The notes beneath the pieces were generated by a model. It did not search any database and was not told the origin of the DNA. It saw nothing but the letters and a program-made list of their open reading frames with translations. From the NCBI GenBank assembly GCA_963745035.1, contig CAVUVW010000021.1:386045-450044 (forward strand): 64,000 bases of DNA. Direction: 5' to 3'. The position numbers and the translations under genes are program-made. Below are positions 29,814-40,416 of the stretch, in pieces; position 1 is the first letter of the stretch, and each line of letters opens with the position of its first letter. The DNA comes from an uncultured delta proteobacterium (GTDB lineage: Bacteria > Desulfobacterota > Binatia > UBA9968).

Positions 29814-29843
29814 TTGACCCGAGGATTTGAGCTGCGTTATGGT
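29814..29843 (+). promoter_or_regulatory. Candidate sigma70 promoter TTGACC-N18-TATGGT for mutL
   Basis: Back-to-back with the divergent promoter, followed by GAGGAG. Confidence 0.45.
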
Positions 29844-29863
29844 TTCTCGAGGAGCGTGCGTCG

Positions 29864-31610
29864 TTGCAGATCCAAATCCTGTCCGATGAGATGGCGAGCC
29901 GTATCGCCGCCGGCGAAGTCGTCGAGCGGCCGGCCTCGGTGGTGAAAGAGCTGGTCGAGAACTCGCTCGACGCCGGCGCCACCGAGATTTCGATCGCGAT
30001 CGAAAAGAGCGGCAGCGCGGTCATCCGCGTGACCGACAACGGCGCCGGCATGGCGCCGGAAGATCTCGCGCTCGCAGTGGAGCGCCACGCCACGAGCAAG
30101 CTCAAGACCGACGACGATCTGTTTCGTATCGCGACTCTCGGCTTTCGCGGCGAGGCGCTGCCGAGCATCGGCTCGGTATCGCGGATGCAAATTTTTTCCC
30201 GGCCGCCGGGGGCGCCGAGCGGTCATTGCCTGGCGGTGGACGGCGGCAAGAAAACACCAGTTCGACCGGCGGCCACGGCGCAGGGTACGACCATCGAGAT
30301 CCGGGAGATTTTTTTCAACACGCCGGCGCGGCGAAAATTTCTCAAGTCGCCGGCGACCGAGCTGAGCCATATCTGCGACGTCGTCAATCGCCTAGCCCTA
30401 GCGCATCGCCAGGTGCATTTTCGTCTCGAGCACGACGGCCGGCACGTCGCCGAGTACGTCGCCGTGAACGATCCCAAACACCGCTTGCATCAGGTTCTAG
30501 GGCGCGAAGTCGCGTCCGGTCTCGTCTCGCTCGGCGGCGGTTCAGGTGAGATCAAGGTCGCATGGCTATCTGAGCGCCGCGCCGGCGTCGTTTCCCAACT
30601 CGCGCCATCTCTACACCTTCGTCAACCGGCGTTACGTGCGCGATAAGGTGCTCACCCATGCGCTCCTGTTCGGCTACGAGACGTTGCTCATGAAAGGCCA
30701 ATATCCTGCCGTCGTGCTGTTTGTGGAGCTGCCCTTCGACGCGGTGGACGTAAACGTCCATCCGGCGAAATACGAGGTGAGGTTTCGCCGCCAGGGCGAT
30801 GTTCATGACGCGGTGTCCCGGGCGGTGCGCGCGGCTTTGCAGAGCGAGGCGAAAGCGCCCCTGGCGCCTGCCGCCACGCCCTGGCCGATCGCCGTTTACC
30901 GGAGTGCGCGAAGCGCCTTTGCCTTACGCGCTCGCCGCAGGGGCGAGCCGGAGCAATGCCGCGCCGGACCGCGCGGAAATCTTCACGATGCCCGTCGGGT
31001 CCGAAAATGCGCAGACCGGTTTTTTTTCCTCCATGCAGGTGCTCGGTCAGATTCTCGGCTGCTATCTGGTGTGCGCATCGCCTTCCGGTCTTGCGCTGAT
31101 CGATCAACACGCCGCCCACGAGCGCGTGGCCTTCGAGCAGCTCCGCCGGCAGCTCGATGCGGGCAAGGTTGAAATGCAGAGCCTGTTGATTCCGCAAACC
31201 GTCGAGTTGAGCGCCGGCGAGATGATGCTCTTGGAGCAGAAGCTCGAGGTGATGCGGACGTTTCGGCTTTCCGCTCGAGCCCTTCGGTCCGGGTGCCTAC
31301 GCCATCACGGCTGTTCCCGCGCTCTTGCCCGAAGGCGAATTACAGCCGAGATCGTGCGCCAGATGGTCGCCGAGCTGGCCGAAGTCGATACCTCGGCAAA
31401 ATTGCGCCAGCACCTCGAAGATCGCCTGGCGACCATCGCTTGCCACAGCGTCATTCGCGCCCATCGCAAGCTCGAGCCGCATGAAATGCGCGCGTTGCTC
31501 GAAGCGTTGGACCGGATCGATTTCGCCACCCAATGCCCGCACGGCCGTCCGGTGCTGGTCGAATGGAGCCAGGCGGAGCTGGAGCGGATCTTTCAAGCCG
31601 CATCGTCTAG
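29864..31610 (+). CDS. mutL: DNA mismatch repair endonuclease MutL (several frameshifts)
   Basis: IAAGEVVERPASVVKELVENSLDAG, HATSK, GFRGEAL, VDVNVHPAK, IDQHAAHER, ACH, CPHGRP, spread over several frames. Confidence 0.95.
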
Positions 31611-31648
31611 CGTGCCGGAGCCGGCTCGCGCCGCCGCAGTTATCAGCA

Positions 31649-32576
31649 ATGAAACCCAAGCTCGTCATCATTCTCGGCCCGACGGCGGTCGGGCAAGAGC
31701 GAGCGGCGCTCGAATTGGCGGAAGAGCTCAATGGCGAGATCATCAACGCCGACTCCCAGCAGGTGTATCGCTACATGGATATCGGCACCGGGAAGCCGTC
31801 GCCCAGCCGAGCAAGCGCGTATCGTCCATCATCTGATCGATTCGTCGATCCCGACGAAGAATTCAACGCGGCGTTGTTCCGCCGCCTGAGCGAGCGAGGC
31901 GGTGGCGCAAATTCATCAGCGCGGCAAGAACGTGATCGTGTGCGGCGGCACAGGGCTCTACTCAAGGCGTTGACCCAGGGACTTTTCGAAGGACCGGGCC
32001 AGGACGCCTGCGATTCGCAAAGAACTTTGGAAGCGGAGATCGCCGCGCACGGCCTCGGCAAATTGTATCGACCGCTTGGAGGACATCGATCCCGAGCGTG
32101 GGCGTCGGCGATTCATCCCAACGACCGCCACCGCATCATCCGCGCCCTCGAAGTTTATCAACTGACCGGCAAACCGCTCAGCGAGTGGCAACGCGCCCAT
32201 GCTTTTCGAGACCAGCCCTTCGCGACGCTGAAGATCGGTTTACGGCGCGATCGAGCGGAATTGTACGAGTTGATCAATCGGCGCAGCGAGACGATGATTC
32301 GCGCCGGTTTGCTCGATGAGGTGCGCGCCCTGGTCGCGCGGGGATTCGGGCTGGAGCTCAAGCCGCTCCAGAGCGTCGGCTATCGCCAGATGGGCGCGGT
32401 CATTCGAAGGGACGATCGGTGTTGGCCGAATGCTCTGGCGGAAATGCAGCAGGAGACCCGCCGCCTGGCCAAGCGCCAACTCACCTGGTTTCGCCGCGGA
32501 CGGCGCGATTCGCTGGTATCATCCGGAAAAGCAGAAGCAGGAGATTTTTGCGTCGGTCCGAGAGTTCTTGCAGTAA
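31649..32576 (+). CDS. miaA: tRNA dimethylallyltransferase (several frameshifts)
   Basis: GPTAVG, INADSQQVY, MDIGTGKP, HPND..RIIRALEV, SVGY, AKRQLTWFR. Follows mutL. Confidence 0.93.
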
Positions 32577-32607
32577 CGTTTCCAACCTTTTCTCGAAGGA
32601 AACATCC

Positions 32608-34021
32608 ATGCCGCGAACGACAGCTTCACTACGTCATTGGATCCGGGCATGCGTCTTGGCATGCGTCCTGGCGGTAAGCGTCCACGGCGCGGAGCCCGTG
32701 TTGGACTGGAAGGCGCTGGAGAGCGAAGCGGTGGCGCTCTTGAGCCGCTACATCCAGATCGATACGACCAATCCGCCAGGCAACGAAATCAAAGCCGCGC
32801 AATTTTTCAAAGCCATCTTCGACCGCGAAGGAATCGAGTCGAGGATCATTGAATCCGCGCCCGGGCGCGGCAATATCTACGCGCGGCTGCGCGGCGACGG
32901 CTCGAAAAGGGCGCTGCTGCTGCTCCATCATATGGACGTGGTGCCGGCGGACGCCAGGTTGTGGAAAGAGCCGCCGTTCGACGGCGCGGTCAAAGACGGT
33001 TTTATCTGGGGACGCGGTGCCATCGACAATAAAGGTGGCGGCGTCATGGAGCTCATGACCCTGCTCGCGCTCAAACGGCAGAACGCCCAGCTCAAAGGCG
33101 ACGTGATTTTTCTTGGCACCGCCGACGAAGAGGCCGGCGGGGTGTTCGGTGCCGGCTACTTGCTCGACAAACATCCGGAGCTTTTCAAAGATGTCGGCGT
33201 CGTGTTGAACGAAGGCGGCGGCATTCGTCTCGGCGAGGATGGCCGTGCGCGCCTGTACAGCGTCGGCGTGGCGGAGAAAGTTCCGCTGTGGTTGAAGCTG
33301 ACGGCACTCGGCGCTCCGGGTCACGCCGCCTCGCCGGGAAGCGATCAAGCGGTGCTGAAATTGATTGCCGCGCTCAACCGCATCGCCGCCTATCAGAGCC
33401 CGATCAAGGTCGTCCCTGAGGTGCAGAAATTTTATGCCGATAGCGCCGCGCTCGCGCCGGCGGCCCGGCGCGAGCAATATATGGATTTGCGCAAGGCGTT
33501 GCAGGATTCGGCTTTCGCCGCCGCGTTTCTCAAAGACCGCAGCAACAATGCGCGGGTGCGTAATACGATTTCCATCACCGGCCTAAAGGCTCGGACAAGA
33601 TCAACGTGATCTCCGCCGAAGCGTCGGCCGAAATCGACGTGCGCTTGCTGCCAGGCGAAGAGCCGCAGGCTTTTATCAACGAATGCGCCGCGTGGTCGCC
33701 GACGATTCGATCAAGATTGAAATTTTGCTCTCGCGTGCCGCCGCCGTTTCTCCGGCAAGTCCGATGCGCTCAAGGCGATCGCGGAGTATGCCCAAAGCCA
33801 AAGATCCCGGAACGCCGATCGTATTTCCGATGGGAAGCGGCTTCACCGACTGTCACTTTTTTCGCAGCAAAGGCATCCCGTGTTTAGGTTTTCTCCCGAG
33901 GCGCAGCCGTCCCGGCGAAGAAGGCATGGTCCACGGCATCAATGAGCGGGTTTCAGTCGAAGGTCTAAAGGCCGACGTCCGGGCGATGTATGAGATCGTG
34001 CGCAAGATTGCCGCGGAGTGA
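32608..34021 (+). CDS. Secreted M20/M25/M40 metallopeptidase/aminoacylase (frameshifts near 33590-33790)
   Basis: Signal peptide; DTTNPPGNE, HHMDVVPA, WGRGAIDNKG, ADEEAGG, GHA, GFTD, HGINER. Confidence 0.88.
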
Positions 34022-34101
34022 CGCGATGTCTCCGTCTGACTATTCCGTACACGCGGCACTGCGCCTTTAACACTCAAACTCGAGACTCTTACTCGAAATT
34101 C

Positions 34102-35363
34102 TCAGCAGCACGGCAGCGGGTTTTCGATCAGGTTATAAACGTGGTCGAAAGTGACCTCGTTGATGCGGGCGAGAATTTTAAAAGTGCGCGGCGGCTCATT
34201 CTTCAAGAAACACCATGATCGCGGTTTCCACCGGCGGGCAGCCGGCCTTGACGCAGGGCACTTCCTTGACCACGATCGGCGCGTCGGGCGGAAAGGTGAG
34301 GATTGTCTGCACCCAGTAGCGGATCTGGTCCAAGGTAAACGTCGAAACGTCCTGCTTGCGGCCGAAAGGGTCGACTTCCTCCGGCGCTGACGCCGCGCCG
34401 TTCTGCGTCGTGATGCAGTCCATGAATCCGCGCGTGATTTTTTCCTTGTCGAGATTGCGGCCGATGAAAACCAGGCGATTGATCCGCTCTTCGTCGCCGG
34501 CCCAGGCGCGGCCCGGCCTGCCCTCAAAAAGCAGGTGCACGCCCTGGAACACGAACTGATCGGGATCTTTGCGCAGATTGAGGATTCCTTTCATGCGCAT
34601 GATGCGTTCGCCGAATTCGGCGAGCAGCTCGCGAAACCACTGGCTGATTTTGACGCCGTCCAAGATCGCCGGCGGTCGAGATCGCCACCGTCTCGATGTC
34701 TTCAGTGTGGCTGTGATGGTGGTCGTGCTTTTCCGCTTTGATCTCGAGATCGAGGCCGCGAAGATCGAGCACCGTGCCGATGTCGATGTCCGAGTTTCGC
34801 GTCTGGCAGATCCGCGCCGCGCCGTTCAAGTTGCGCAGCTTGTATTCCAGCTCCGGCAAATCTTCCGGGTTGATGAGATCGATCTTGTTGAGCAGCACCA
34901 TATCGGCGAACGCGATCTGCTCTTTGGCTTCGGGCGAGTTGCCGAGCTGCTGAAAGACATGCTTGGCGTCGACTACGGTGACGACGCCGTTCAGTTGGTA
35001 CTCGTTCTTGATGCGCTCGTCGATAAAAAAGGTCTGGACCACCGGCGCCGGGTCGGCAAGACCCGTGGTCTCGATCATCAGGGTGTCGAATTTCTCCCGA
35101 TGCTCGAGAAGCTGAAACAGGCTGCGCAAGAGGTCGCCGCGCACGGTGCAGCAGATGCAGCCGTTGCTCATTTCCACGACTTCCTGGTCCGAGGAGATCA
35201 AAAGGTGGTGGTCGATGCCGACTTCGCCGAACTCATTGACGATCACCGCTACGCGCCGGCCGTGGTCGGCGGTCAAGATGCGGTTCAACAAAGTCGTTTT
35301 GCCGGCGCCGAGAAATCCGGTGAGCACGGTAACCGGCACTCTTTGATCGTTGGTTTCCGCCAT
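34102..35363 (-). CDS. COG0523/CobW family G3E GTPase metallochaperone with extra Cys-rich C-terminal domain (frameshifts near 34660 and 34208)
   Basis: GFLGAGKTT, NEFG, GCICC, ETTGLADP, NKID, HDHHHSH, CobW_C (RMKG...FQGVH...LVFIG), then EVPCVKAGCPPVET...NPLPCC*. Confidence 0.9.
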
Positions 35364-35394
35364 GCACTTGCAATCCTTCCGTGATTGTTTTCTA

Positions 35395-35423
35395 AAGGTA
35401 ACAACGAGCAGAAAACGAGTCAA
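35395..35423 (-). promoter_or_regulatory. Candidate sigma70 promoter TTGACT-N17-TACCTT (with TGn extension) for the CobW-like gene
   Basis: Divergent intergenic region, about 30 nt upstream of the ATG. Confidence 0.45.
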
Positions 35424-35457
35424 CTTTGGCGGCTGCCGCCGAGGAGGGCGCGGGTCG

Positions 35458-36207
35458 ATGAGATTGAAAGACAAAGTGGCGTTTATCACCGGTTTCGGAT
35501 CGGGCCTCGGGCGGGCGATCGCCGTGATGTTCGCGCAGGAAGGCGCCGCGGTGGCGGGGACTTCGCCGACGGAGGCGAAGGGCCGCGAGACGATCGCATT
35601 GGTCGAAAAGGCCGGCGGCAAGGCGCTCTATTGGCCCGGCGATGTCGCCAGCTCGGCGCAGATGCAAAGCTTGATCGGCGCCGCCGCGCGCCAGTTGGGC
35701 GGCATCGATATCGTCGTCAACAGCGGCGGAGTGCGCACCAACGGCAGCATCACCGAGATCACCGAAGAGGACTGGGACCGCACTCTCGACGTGAATCTCA
35801 AGGGCGCGTTCATCGTCTCGCGCCTGGCGATCCCCGAGATGATCAAGCGCGGCGGCGGCGTGATCCTCAACATCGCGGCGCGCTCGGGCATGCTCGGACA
35901 ATCGGGGCGGGCGGCTTACTGCGCCTCCAAAGGCGGCATGGTGCGCCTGACCGAAGCGATGGCGATGGACCACGCGCGCGACAAGATTCGCGTCAATTGC
36001 ATATGTCCCGGGCCGACACGCACGCCGATGGTGGACACGTCCACGCCGGAAAAGCTTGCCCGCTACAAGACCCGCGTGCCGATCGGCCGCATCGGCGAGC
36101 CCGAAGATGTCGCCTACGCGGCGGTGTATCTGGCGTCCGATGAAGCCTCGATGGTGACGGCGGCGATCTTGCCGGTCGACGGTGGGATGCGGCTTACCGG
36201 ACCCTAA
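35458..36207 (+). CDS. Short-chain dehydrogenase/reductase (SDR)
   Basis: TGFGSGLG, YCASK, IRVNCICPG, VDGG. SD GAGGAGG. Confidence 0.92.
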   Translation: MRLKDKVAFITGFGSGLGRAIAVMFAQEGAAVAGTSPTEAKGRETIALVEKAGGKALYWPGDVASSAQMQSLIGAAARQLGGIDIVVNSGGVRTNGSITEITEEDWDRTLDVNLKGAFIVSRLAIPEMIKRGGGVILNIAARSGMLGQSGRAAYCASKGGMVRLTEAMAMDHARDKIRVNCICPGPTRTPMVDTSTPEKLARYKTRVPIGRIGEPEDVAYAAVYLASDEASMVTAAILPVDGGMRLTGP

Positions 36208-36273
36208 AAATCGCCGCTCGGCAGTTTTACCCCTCACTGGAAATTTGATTCCGCAGAAGTTTGGGAAAAGCAC

Positions 36274-36909
36274 ATGCTCGACGTACGGCCGATTGGCATC
36301 GAAGACTATACGGAACGGTGCAGCACGCCGCTATCCGCCCTGCACGATAAACTCTGGGTGGAGACCTACGTCAAGTCGCACAGCCCCGGCATTATGATCG
36401 GCCCGCTCGTGGGGCAATTTTTCAAGATGCTGGCGGCGCTGACCGGCGCGCGGCGCATTCTCGAAATCGGCACGTTCACCGGCTACAGCGCGCTTGCCTG
36501 GGCCGAGGCGTTGCCCAAAGACGGGCGGGTGATCAGTTGTGAGATCAATCCCGAGGCAGTGGAAATCGCCAAGCGCTATTTCGCCGAGAGCCCGCACGGC
36601 GGTAAGATTGAGATCAGGCTCGGGCCGGCGCTCGAATCGCTGAAACTGATGCACGGCATCTTCGATCTCTGCTTTATCGACGCCGACAAGGAAAACTATG
36701 GCGCCTACTACGAGCGCTGCATGGAGCTGGTGCGTCCGCGCGGCTTGATCATCCTCGACAAGATGCTCCGCGGTGGCCGGGTGCTCGACCCGGCCGATCC
36801 CGCCACGCGCGCCGTCGACGCTCTCAACACGCGCATCCGCGACGACCCGCGGGTGGAAAATGTCTTACTGCCGGTGCGCGACGGCATCATGCTGGCGCAC
36901 AAGCTCTAG
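36274..36909 (+). CDS. Class I O-methyltransferase (CCoAOMT/Methyltransf_3 family)
   Basis: ILEIGTFTGYSAL, FIDADKENY, LPVRDG. Confidence 0.9.
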   Translation: MLDVRPIGIEDYTERCSTPLSALHDKLWVETYVKSHSPGIMIGPLVGQFFKMLAALTGARRILEIGTFTGYSALAWAEALPKDGRVISCEINPEAVEIAKRYFAESPHGGKIEIRLGPALESLKLMHGIFDLCFIDADKENYGAYYERCMELVRPRGLIILDKMLRGGRVLDPADPATRAVDALNTRIRDDPRVENVLLPVRDGIMLAHKL

Positions 36910-37008
36910 CGGCTTCTTGGCAGAGTAGCGGCGTTGGAGCGTAAGAAGCGAGCAACAGGAATAGAGCAATGGGCAAGCCGCTGAGATAAAAGGGGGCCAA
37001 AAACGCTC

Positions 37009-37072
37009 GGCGTTCGCTCGAGGATTCAACGATCCCCGAGGGGAACGCTAATGTTGAGCAAGAGCGAACGCC
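37009..37072. repeat. Extended imperfect hairpin (11-bp perfect outer stem plus two inner helices) between convergent genes
   Basis: GGCGTTCGCTC(37009-19)/GAGCGAACGCC(37062-72), TTCAAC/GTTGAG, TCCC-CGAG-GGGA. Confidence 0.6.
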
Positions 37073-37125
37073 AGGCACTGTCGAATTCAAAATTCCGGAA
37101 TGGACTTCTCGAACGGGGCCAACCC

Positions 37126-38190
37126 TCAGGGAGCTGCATTGTTGGCGGTGTTTGCGCTTTCATCGGACTGGCCCTTCGCCGTTCCATCATTCTTCGTGAT
37201 TGGAACCAGCAACTCTCGCCGCACAAACCCGACCGCACCGGATGGCTTAAGACGAACCTTCGCCCAAGACCCGGTAAATTCCTTCACATCGAGCGATTCG
37301 CCGGTATGAATCTCCCCGATAGCTTCCGCTGCGAAGCTGGGGGATTTCCTAAGACCAATCGGACGCGCAGACCGATATTCGTCCACAATCGCTGCGCCTG
37401 CGCCATTGTTGCTCTTCGCCTTTTCATCCGAAGACGCCAACGGAGACTCGTTGTTGCGCGAAACAACTGTCGGCGGTTGCTGTTTATTTGACGCGCCATT
37501 GCGAGCCGGTGCTTTTGCTATCTGCGCCGTGGCGGTTTTGGACTTGCTCGCAGTCAGATTCTGCGGTTGATCGTTTGGGATTGCCTTGAGCTTGCGGGTT
37601 GCGGAAATCGTCGAGTTGTCAGCTTCCTTCGAGATAGCTGGCGAAGACGGCGTCTCATCGGATCCTGTGCGCAACGGATTGGGGTGACTGTCGTTGTCGG
37701 CGGCCTCGCCCGTAGAAATGGTGAGAGGACGCGTTTGCGAAGACAACATTGTTGATTGCGGATTATCGCGACTGATCGATGTCTTCCGTGGGTCTGGATT
37801 TTTTACATTATTACCCTCTTGGATACCTACAAGCATAATAAGAATTGCGCAGCTTAACACAGCGATACGCAGTGGTTGCTTCCGGTAGAGATTGTTATAG
37901 ATCTCTCTAAGCGAGCGAATGAGCTTTTGTCTTGAGAATTGGAAGACGCCAACAAGACTTTTCCTTAATCGATGAGCGCCGCCTGAAGTGGTGTGGCCGC
38001 TGTTTACGCGCGACAAAGTCCAGTGGGCTATAAGTATTCTCAGCACGAGAGAACGATATACGGAATATTCCTCATGTGATGGATATTCTTCGATTAAGGC
38101 ATCTAGGATTGGTATTGCTTCTTGATACTTCTGTTCCAGCAGAAGATTCACTACCTCCTCCGAGGATTTGCCCTGATTTTGCTCCCCCAT
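37126..38190 (-). CDS. Membrane-anchored protein: helical N-terminus, TM segment, low-complexity linker, C-terminal bacterial SH3 (SH3b) domain
   Basis: SD GGAGGT; IAVLSCAILIMLVGI; LRKSPSFAAEAIGEIHTGESLDV...WAKV...GFV. Visibly AT-richer than its flanks. Confidence 0.72.
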   Translation of the reverse strand: MGEQNQGKSSEEVVNLLLEQKYQEAIPILDALIEEYPSHEEYSVYRSLVLRILIAHWTLSRVNSGHTTSGGAHRLRKSLVGVFQFSRQKLIRSLREIYNNLYRKQPLRIAVLSCAILIMLVGIQEGNNVKNPDPRKTSISRDNPQSTMLSSQTRPLTISTGEAADNDSHPNPLRTGSDETPSSPAISKEADNSTISATRKLKAIPNDQPQNLTASKSKTATAQIAKAPARNGASNKQQPPTVVSRNNESPLASSDEKAKSNNGAGAAIVDEYRSARPIGLRKSPSFAAEAIGEIHTGESLDVKEFTGSWAKVRLKPSGAVGFVRRELLVPITKNDGTAKGQSDESANTANNAAP

Positions 38191-38316
38191 GGCTCACCTC
38201 CTAGAATCCACCCTTATCATAGCAGGCTCGCTTTGAAAACCATTTTTATGGGTAAAACAACCGATGGCTGAATAAAACAGAGGGCCAGCCATTTTGCCAT
38301 ACGAAGACATTTTAGG

Positions 38317-39195
38317 TTAGCGCCCTTCGAGCCGGCGTAATACCTCCTGCAGATCTTCGGGCAGAGGCGCGGCCCATGCGCGCGCCTTGCCGGCATATTC
38401 AGTCCTTAGCTTCTCAGCGTGAAGAAACTGCCGCTTCAAGCCGTATTGCTTTTGAAACCGTTTGTTGAAGCCGAAGTCGCCGTGCTGGTCGTCGAGCACG
38501 ACGGGATAGCCGAGCTTGGCGAAGTGGAGGCGAATCTGGTGCAGGCGGCCCGTATCAATGACGACGCGCGCGAAGCTGGTTTCAGCGAAGCGTTTTACGA
38601 CCCGGAATCGGGTGAGAGCGCGAACCAAGCGGCCTTCTCTGCCGGGAAGCGGCAGATCGATTTTGCCCTCATTCGACGGCAGCCGGCCTGCCACGAGGCA
38701 GGCATACTCTTTATGGACTTCGCCCGATGCGAAAGCCTCGATCAGTGCCTGTGCGGTCCGCTCATTTTTCGCCACCAGCAATAGCCCCGACGTATCTTTA
38801 TCGAGGCGGTGGACTAGGCGCGGTTTGATTCCGGCTTCGCGATAACGGCTTTCCAAGACGCCCAGGATCGATGACCGCTTGCTCACCGTTTTTCCCTCAT
38901 GCACGGCCAAGCCAGCGGGCTTGTCGATCACCAGCAGCGCGTCATCTTCAAAGATGGTCGCGATGGGCGGGCTCGCCGCGCTTGGATTGGGAATTTTTCG
39001 CGCGGCTTCGAAAGGCACGTATAACTGAATGCGATCGCCGGCGCGCACCAGGTCGTTTTCTTTGGCGCGCCGGCCGTTGATGCGCGCGCCGTTTCGGCGG
39101 AAAACTTTTCTGACATAGCCGACGGGGAATTGTCGGGCAAGAAATTTCTCCAGCGTTTTGGCGGTTTCATTCTCCGGCAGGACAATCTCGCGCAT
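38317..39195 (-). CDS. RluA family pseudouridine synthase (RluC/RluD-like, with S4 domain)
   Basis: DKPAGLAVH, VHRLDKDTSG, TGRLHQIRLH, QFLHA. Confidence 0.93.
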   Translation of the reverse strand: MREIVLPENETAKTLEKFLARQFPVGYVRKVFRRNGARINGRRAKENDLVRAGDRIQLYVPFEAARKIPNPSAASPPIATIFEDDALLVIDKPAGLAVHEGKTVSKRSSILGVLESRYREAGIKPRLVHRLDKDTSGLLLVAKNERTAQALIEAFASGEVHKEYACLVAGRLPSNEGKIDLPLPGREGRLVRALTRFRVVKRFAETSFARVVIDTGRLHQIRLHFAKLGYPVVLDDQHGDFGFNKRFQKQYGLKRQFLHAEKLRTEYAGKARAWAAPLPEDLQEVLRRLEGR

Positions 39196-39203
39196 TATCC
39201 GTT

Positions 39204-39233
39204 GTGATAACGGCAGAATTGCCGTGCAGTCAA
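39204..39233 (-). promoter_or_regulatory. Candidate promoter TTGACT-N18-TATCAC with an inverted repeat (ACGGCA-GAAT-TGCCGT) in the spacer
   Basis: Read directly; lies just upstream of the RluA ATG. Confidence 0.3.
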
Positions 39234-39332
39234 GCTCCGGCGGCCCGTAAGATTTGCAATAGTCTAGGGATTAAGATAGGTTGCGTCGGTGGCGCCGGGG
39301 AATGCAGCCCCGCTGGTTTGCGCCGGACGAGG

Positions 39333-40416
39333 TTGTCTTTGAGCCGTAATGAGCCGGTCGATGTTCTAAGAAAAAAAATCGATCAAATTGATGCTAAAGT
39401 CCTTGATCTTTTAAATGATCGGGCTTCTCTGGCGCAGAAAATTGGCCATTTAAAGAGCCGGAGCAAGCAAGAGGTCTACGCTCCCCATCGCGAGAAAGAA
39501 GTTCTCGACCGCGTCCGCGAGCTGAACCGCGGTCCGCTGCCCGTCCAAGCCGTTCGCGCGGTTTTCCGAGAGATCATCTCCGCCTGCCGCTCGCTGGAAG
39601 GACCCCTTGAAGTGGCGTTCTTCGGCGCCGAGGCGACCTACACTCATTTGGCGGCGTGGGAGAAGTTCGGCTCGGGGGCGAATCTGCGCCCGACGGCCAG
39701 CATAGCCGAAGTGTTCGCGGAGGTTTCGCAGGGGCGCGCGGCGTTCGGCGTGGTGCCGATCGAGAATTCGACCGAAGGGGTGGTGGCGCACACGCTGGAT
39801 CAGCTGGTCGATTCCGACCTGCAAATCATCGCGGAGATTTTTCAGGACATTCATCACAATCTGTTGTCGCGTTCGGGAAAGGCGGAGGATGTCCAGCGGA
39901 TCATTTCCCATCCCCAGGCGTTGGCCCAATGCCGCGGCTGGCTGGCGCGCCATTTCCCGTCGGTGCCGGCGGAGGAAGTGGCGAGCACGGCGCATGCTGC
40001 GATCAAGGCGGCGGGCGATCCGTTCGCTGGCGGCGATTTCGAGCGCCATGGCCAAGGAAGTTTATGGTCTGCAGTCCGTCGCCGCGAACATCGAGGACCA
40101 GAGCATCAACATCACGCGGTTCCTGGTCATCGGCAAGAACGGCGTGCCGCCGAGCGGCGACGACAAGACCTCGCTGGTGTTTTCGGTTCAGGACAAACCC
40201 GGCGTGCTCCATCGCATGCTTCAGCCCTTTGCCCGGAGCCGGATCAATCTGAGCAAGATCGAATCGCGGCCGATCAAGAACAAGCCCTGGCAGTATTTAT
40301 TCTTTCTCGATCTGCGCGGCCATCGGCAGCAGACCACCGTCAAGCGCGCAATCGCCGGGCTGGAAAAAAATTGTTCTTTTTTAAAAGTCATGGGCTCCTA
40401 TCCGAGCGGCAGATGA
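39333..40416 (+). CDS. pheA: Chorismate mutase / prephenate dehydratase (P-protein; +1 frameshift near 40023)
   Basis: LRKKIDQID...REIISAC; PIENSTEG, SHPQAL.QC; TRFLVIG, KTSL, IESRP in the second frame. Confidence 0.95.

Noticed and set aside
30799-32677. ORFs bridging mutL and miaA; MiaA P-loop lacking Lys (GPTAVGQE)
   Set aside because: These are products of multiple indels. GGC AAG AGC (GKS) is readable one base out of frame, so the frameshifts compensate.
37024-37059. attC-like boxes ATTCAAC (RYYYAAC) ... GTTGAGC (GTTRRRY)
   Set aside because: The span is only 36 nt, too short for an attC. The boxes are internal to the hairpin, and there is no integrase or cassette array.
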